Shown: positions 59,378 through 64,000 of the stretch, piece by piece
Numbering within the stretch: the stretch's first letter is position 1
How the letters are laid out: each line of letters opens with the position of its first letter
From: Candidatus Heimdallarchaeota archaeon
GTDB taxonomy: Archaea; Asgardarchaeota; Heimdallarchaeia; Hodarchaeales; Hodarchaeaceae
Assembly (NCBI GenBank): GCA_011364965.1
Contig: RDOB01000003.1
Span: forward strand, 368,939-432,938
Direction: 5' to 3'
DNA: 64,000 bases
The notes under the pieces: generated by a model
Told to the model about the DNA's origin: nothing
Database searches by the model: none
Seen by the model: the letters and a program-made list of their open reading frames with translations, nothing else
Position numbers and translations under genes: made by a program

Positions 59378-62206
59378 CTAAAATAATTCTATAGGAAAAA
59401 GAAGTTGAAATTCATTTCCTCTGTTATATATGGGCCGTATTTTTAATTGCCCTCCATAATGTTGCATTATTACAGAAGCTAACGCTAAACCACTGAAATG
59501 CCCCTGATATTCCCATTCATCCGTGATTTTACCCGATAAGCTCTTACTGAGCTCATCCGAAATCGTATCAGAGTAATCGTCTCGCATCACAACTGAGAAA
59601 TAAACTGATTGTTGTCTTCCTTCAACGATTATTGGAGAATAGAGGGAAACATCCTTTCCACGAGTCCCTAAAATAAATGTTAATAACTCGTAGAAAACAC
59701 GCTCTATGTTTTCATCGCAATAGATATCTTTTGAGATCTGTTCTCGCTTTAATTTAATGGGAATCTCGTAAGAGAGATCAGCAGTCAACCTAAAAATTGT
59801 TGCTTCAAGTATAGAAAGTAAATTAACTGATATATCGTCCTTGGTAAATGGAGTTTGAAGGATTGCAAAAATTTTATTCACATTGTCAATGGTTTTCGAA
59901 GAACGACTAGCAATTTCAATGATCGTATTCACATTTGTCAAATTAAGTTTTTTATGGGCTTCATATTCAAGAGAAATTAAATCTAAATTATTGATTATTT
60001 TTTGAAGATCATTATTAAGAAAATGAGACAACATAGCGTGATACCGTTCCTCCTCCTTCTTTACCTGTCTTAACGCTTTCTCTGCCATCTTTCGATAAGT
60101 TATATCACGTATAATTGTTAATGTAGCAGGTTTGTGTTCATGAATAATTATTCCTGCATTGATCTCTATGTCAACTGGATTCCCATCCTTTCGAACTACT
60201 TTGGCCTCATAAATTTGCGGGATAGCTTCTCCTGCTGCTCGAAGTTTATAATATGATTCCACTAGCGCTTTAGAAGCTGGATGAAGATATTTACTAAATA
60301 ATGATCCCTCCAGTTCTTCAATTGAATATCCTGTGATTTGTGCTAAACGGGGATTGACATATTTAAGCACTTGATCTTGTACAATCGTTATTCCATCATT
60401 TGCTCTTTCAACTAAATTCCTATAAAGCTCTTCCGATTCTAAGAGTAACCTCTCGGTTTTTTTACGTTTAGTGATGTCGCGAGTGATAGAAATAAATGCA
60501 GTAGGGTCATTATTTTCATTCAATATTAACTTAGCATTCATTTCAGCAGGATAAATAGAACCATCTTTTCTCAGGAGCATATATTCTTCACTTATTGGTT
60601 TTCCTTCAGAAAATGCCCGCTGAGCATTCTCCATAGCCTTTGTTCGATCCTCAGGAGCAATTAAATCCAAAGCATTCATACCTATGATTTCAGAGGAATT
60701 TTCAGCCCCAAATAATTCTAAAGCTTGTTGATTGACTTCAATCACATTGAGTTTAAGATCAGTCATTGTTATAGCGTCTGGTGATAAATCAACTAAGGTT
60801 CGATATCGCTCCTCACTCTTCTCTAGAGCTTCTAAAGCCTCACGCTCCCTAGTAATGTCAGAAAGCATTCCAAATGACCCTACTAATTCACGATCTTGAT
60901 TAAATAATGCAGCTCCTGCAACTCGTGTTACAAGAATAGAACCATCTTTGCGCTTCCATTTCAACTCATATATTGAAGAAGGCACTCCTTGAATATATCT
61001 TTGAATTCTAACATCCTCAAAAAATTCTAGTGAATCAGGATGAAGAAATTCTATAACCTTTTTACCAATTAATTCCTCTTGAGAATAACCAATCATTTCT
61101 TCCAAGGCTGGGTTAATAAATGTAGTTATATCTTCTTTATCTGTAACCCACACACCTACAACATTATTGGTTATAATGGTTCGAAATCGTTCTTCACTTT
61201 CAAGGAGTTCTCTTTCTACTTTTTTACGATTCGTTATATCACGAACAGTAACAAGATCCGCGGGTCGGCCCTGATAGTTAATAACACTTGCATTAATCTC
61301 AACTTCAAGTGGAGTCCCCTTCGAAGTCTTAATTTTCGTTTCATAAATATTTGGGACATTTTCTCCGGCCATTCGCTTTTCATAACGGGTCTTAAAAAAC
61401 TCTAACGAATCTGGATGAATATAATTGATGAAAGGAGTGTGAATAATATCCTCTCGATTCACTTGAGCCAATTCAGCTGAAGCTTCATTTAGATACTTCG
61501 TAATTCCATCTTGTATTATTAAAATTCCATCAGAGGCATTTTCTACCAAAGTACGATATTTTTCTTCTGATTCTTTTAGTTCTTCATTAATAATGAATAA
61601 TTTGGTTGTTGTTTGCTTTTGTTTTTCATGAAGCAGAGCATTCTGGAGCGCAAGCGATAACCGTTTTGCTAAAATAACAAAGATTTGTTGAAGTTCCTCA
61701 GAAAACGCATCAATCAGATTGGATCCAATATTCAGACAACCAACTGAAATATCTTGGTATATCATTGGAATAACAAATGTTGTTCTTAAATTGGATCTTC
61801 TTAACTCCAATCCGATTTTTGTTGGTGATTCTGATTTTGTTAAATCGGGGTTATAGAAAGGTCGTTTTTCAACGAATGCTTGTTTTAAATAGGAATCGGA
61901 TGATGATATGAACCTTCCTTCTCCTAATTCAATACTATCATCCATGGTAGATGCAAAGACTATGAAACCATCTTTTGATTCGTCGTAAATAGCAATAGAA
62001 ACTCGTTGAACCTCAAAATGAGAACGAATGTATTCTATCGCTGCATTTATGACCTTTTTTTCATCTAATAGAGAAATTTCTTCTTCAAAATCCGCTATAT
62101 GTCGAAAAATGAAGTCCTTTGGTTTAAAGTCATCAATATTGCTATTTAACCTTTTTTTATGGTAATTTGACTTATCTTTTTTGGTAAAAAAGGATTTGAA
62201 GCCCAT
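59378..62206 (-). CDS. GAF plus 4x PAS sensor with degenerate histidine-kinase module
   Basis: GAF, four ESEE(K/R)YR..DIT.RK PAS repeats, H-box SHFLNND; N and G1 boxes degenerate. Confidence 0.88.
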   Translation of the reverse strand: MGFKSFFTKKDKSNYHKKRLNSNIDDFKPKDFIFRHIADFEEEISLLDEKKVINAAIEYIRSHFEVQRVSIAIYDESKDGFIVFASTMDDSIELGEGRFISSSDSYLKQAFVEKRPFYNPDLTKSESPTKIGLELRRSNLRTTFVIPMIYQDISVGCLNIGSNLIDAFSEELQQIFVILAKRLSLALQNALLHEKQKQTTTKLFIINEELKESEEKYRTLVENASDGILIIQDGITKYLNEASAELAQVNREDIIHTPFINYIHPDSLEFFKTRYEKRMAGENVPNIYETKIKTSKGTPLEVEINASVINYQGRPADLVTVRDITNRKKVERELLESEERFRTIITNNVVGVWVTDKEDITTFINPALEEMIGYSQEELIGKKVIEFLHPDSLEFFEDVRIQRYIQGVPSSIYELKWKRKDGSILVTRVAGAALFNQDRELVGSFGMLSDITREREALEALEKSEERYRTLVDLSPDAITMTDLKLNVIEVNQQALELFGAENSSEIIGMNALDLIAPEDRTKAMENAQRAFSEGKPISEEYMLLRKDGSIYPAEMNAKLILNENNDPTAFISITRDITKRKKTERLLLESEELYRNLVERANDGITIVQDQVLKYVNPRLAQITGYSIEELEGSLFSKYLHPASKALVESYYKLRAAGEAIPQIYEAKVVRKDGNPVDIEINAGIIIHEHKPATLTIIRDITYRKMAEKALRQVKKEEERYHAMLSHFLNNDLQKIINNLDLISLEYEAHKKLNLTNVNTIIEIASRSSKTIDNVNKIFAILQTPFTKDDISVNLLSILEATIFRLTADLSYEIPIKLKREQISKDIYCDENIERVFYELLTFILGTRGKDVSLYSPIIVEGRQQSVYFSVVMRDDYSDTISDELSKSLSGKITDEWEYQGHFSGLALASVIMQHYGGQLKIRPIYNRGNEFQLLFPIELF

Positions 62207-62475
62207 AATGACACATCTATCAATATATTTTACTAATTAGATAGCTTAATTGTTTTCATTAGTTTGTTGTTGAAGAGAATAAATAACTGCTATTTTTTAA
62301 ATTGGATCATTCAATTTGGTAATTGAAATCTCTATGATTTAAATAGGTCTCATTGAATTGTATCACAACAAAAATCGAAATAGAAGTGAATATTTTCCCT
62401 AAAAAAAGCACATAATTAGAGAATTAATGGTATAATCTTAATATTGCATTTTAGATAATAGGAAGTTTCAGAGAA

Positions 62476-63693
62476 ATGGCAATTATTTTAGTTTTAGGTG
62501 GTTGTGGCGTTGTTGGCAGTATGGCTGTGAAAACACTTGGCACTTTTGCAGATGTTTCCAAGATAATTATCGGAGACAAAAATCACCAGAAAGCAAATGA
62601 AATTATTACCGAATTGGGTTCAAATAAAATCATTTTCAAGCAGATAGATGTAGAAAACATCCAAGACCTCAAGAAAGAATTGGAACAGGTAGATGTTGTT
62701 CTAAACTGTATTGGGCCATTTTACCTTTATGGACCATTAGTTCTTCGTGTAGCTATTGAAATGAAAAAGAACTATATTGATGTAAATGATGATGTTGATG
62801 CCACAAGAGAAGTTCTGAGCATGGATAAATTGGCAAAAGAAGCAAAAATAACAGCTTTGATAGGAATGGGCAGTTCACCAGGAGTAACAAACCTACTTGC
62901 AAAATTTGCTGCCAAGCAACTGCTTGATACTGTTAAATCGGTAGATATATATCATGCACATGGTGGTGAACCATTCGAAGGTGCTGCAGTTATTTATCAT
63001 CGCATTCATTCAATGAGTATTGAGATTCCGGTATTTATAAATGGAAGTTTTCAAAATGTAAATTTCTTTGGGAAGAATGGTGAAGCGTTGGAGGAAGAGA
63101 TCTTGTTTCATAAAATAGGTACATATCGCGTACATCCTTACCCTCATCCAGAGACCATTACATTACCCAAATATCTTGAAATCATCGATCGTGTTACAAA
63201 TAAGGGAACAGTTTTACCTCCAGAGTATTTTTATCTTATAAGAGACCTTGTTAAACTAGGATTAAATGATAATACCCTGATAAATGTGAAGGGAAATCTT
63301 ATTTCGTCCCTAGATTTTATTATTCCTTATATTATTCACCAGAGGGAAAGAATTTTGAAAGAAATAAATTTTGGGCCTCAACAAGGATGTATAAAAATTG
63401 TTGTAGAAGGAATAAAGGATCAAAAGCCTCAGAAATGTATTTTCTCTTTAACTTCAGAAGGAAAAGCAATGGGAGAGGGAACTGGATTACCAGCAGCTTT
63501 TGGAACTATTTTAATGATTCGAAATCAGGTACGAGGTAAAGGAGTACTTCCACCAGAAGCATGTGTAAATCCATTGGAGTTCTTAGAAGTTATGCGAGAA
63601 CATCTTGATTTGGACTCAACAACAGGAGGGGGATCTCCTCTTTTAATTGAAATAATTGATTCAGAAGGCAATATTAATACCTTAGATCTTTGA
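62476..63693 (+). CDS. Saccharopine dehydrogenase-family oxidoreductase
   Basis: LGGCGVVG, NCIGPFY, YIDVNDD, GMGSSPGVTN, HPE, GVLPPE. Confidence 0.9.
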   Translation: MAIILVLGGCGVVGSMAVKTLGTFADVSKIIIGDKNHQKANEIITELGSNKIIFKQIDVENIQDLKKELEQVDVVLNCIGPFYLYGPLVLRVAIEMKKNYIDVNDDVDATREVLSMDKLAKEAKITALIGMGSSPGVTNLLAKFAAKQLLDTVKSVDIYHAHGGEPFEGAAVIYHRIHSMSIEIPVFINGSFQNVNFFGKNGEALEEEILFHKIGTYRVHPYPHPETITLPKYLEIIDRVTNKGTVLPPEYFYLIRDLVKLGLNDNTLINVKGNLISSLDFIIPYIIHQRERILKEINFGPQQGCIKIVVEGIKDQKPQKCIFSLTSEGKAMGEGTGLPAAFGTILMIRNQVRGKGVLPPEACVNPLEFLEVMREHLDLDSTTGGGSPLLIEIIDSEGNINTLDL

Positions 63694-63724
63694 TAAAACG
63701 ATAAGTAAACAGATGAATAAGAAC

Positions 63725-64000
63725 ATGAATGAAGAAAAATATATCCTAGCAATTGATCACGGAACTTCTGGAATAAAAGCTGCCTTAGTATCAGTCTATG
63801 GAGAAATTATTGACTTTGTATTTAAATCGACTCCAATTTATCTAAAGGAGAAAGGAGGAGCGGAACAAAATCCAGATGAGTGGTGGGAAGCATTGATAAA
63901 AACATCGCAATATTTAATTGACAAACAGCTTATACCTATAGATAATATTGTAGGGGTTTGTTGTTCGAGTCAATGGTCTGGAACAGTTCCAGTAGACAAA
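63725..64000 (+). CDS. FGGY-family carbohydrate kinase, 5' part; runs off the window edge
   Basis: Not in the ORF track. MNEEKYILAIDHGTSGIKAAL..GGAEQNPDEWW..SSQWSGTVPVD; an in-frame ATG also lies at 63713. Confidence 0.9.
   Translation, partial: MNEEKYILAIDHGTSGIKAALVSVYGEIIDFVFKSTPIYLKEKGGAEQNPDEWWEALIKTSQYLIDKQLIPIDNIVGVCCSSQWSGTVPVDK

Overview
This is a gene-dense, AT-rich chromosomal segment of an Asgard archaeon. The assignment is inferred from a eukaryote-like actin, a Rab-like GTPase with all five RabF-like motifs, and roadblock, longin and uDENN-like proteins, mixed with archaeal housekeeping genes (type II GAPDH, PolB, inositol-1-phosphate synthase). A Heimdallarchaeia/Hodarchaeales-type lineage is plausible but cannot be proven here. 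I support about 55 CDS and saw no rRNA, tRNA, CRISPR array, transposase or integrase. The best leads are: (1) a wHTH / coiled-coil-wHTH / MinD-ParA module whose first two genes share upstream TCATCAACA-containing palindromes, flanked by two stem-rich non-coding segments; (2) a divergent RtcB-fold protein with a largely intact catalytic set, head-to-head with a GalT-like nucleotidyltransferase; (3) two tandem paralogous wHTH proteins with a shared upstream motif, coupled to GAPDH; (4) a roadblock / TPR-pseudonuclease / Rab / RING-pseudonuclease cluster; (5) the actin locus, with a structured upstream region and a divergent longin-like gene, plus a separate Pro-rich protein with a WH2-like tail; (6) a PolB with Tyr-to-Leu in motif B; (7) two TldD/TldE pairs enclosing unknown genes; (8) a receiver/PPDK-N protein divergent from gdhA. 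All family calls come from reading motifs by eye; no database searches or folding programs were run.
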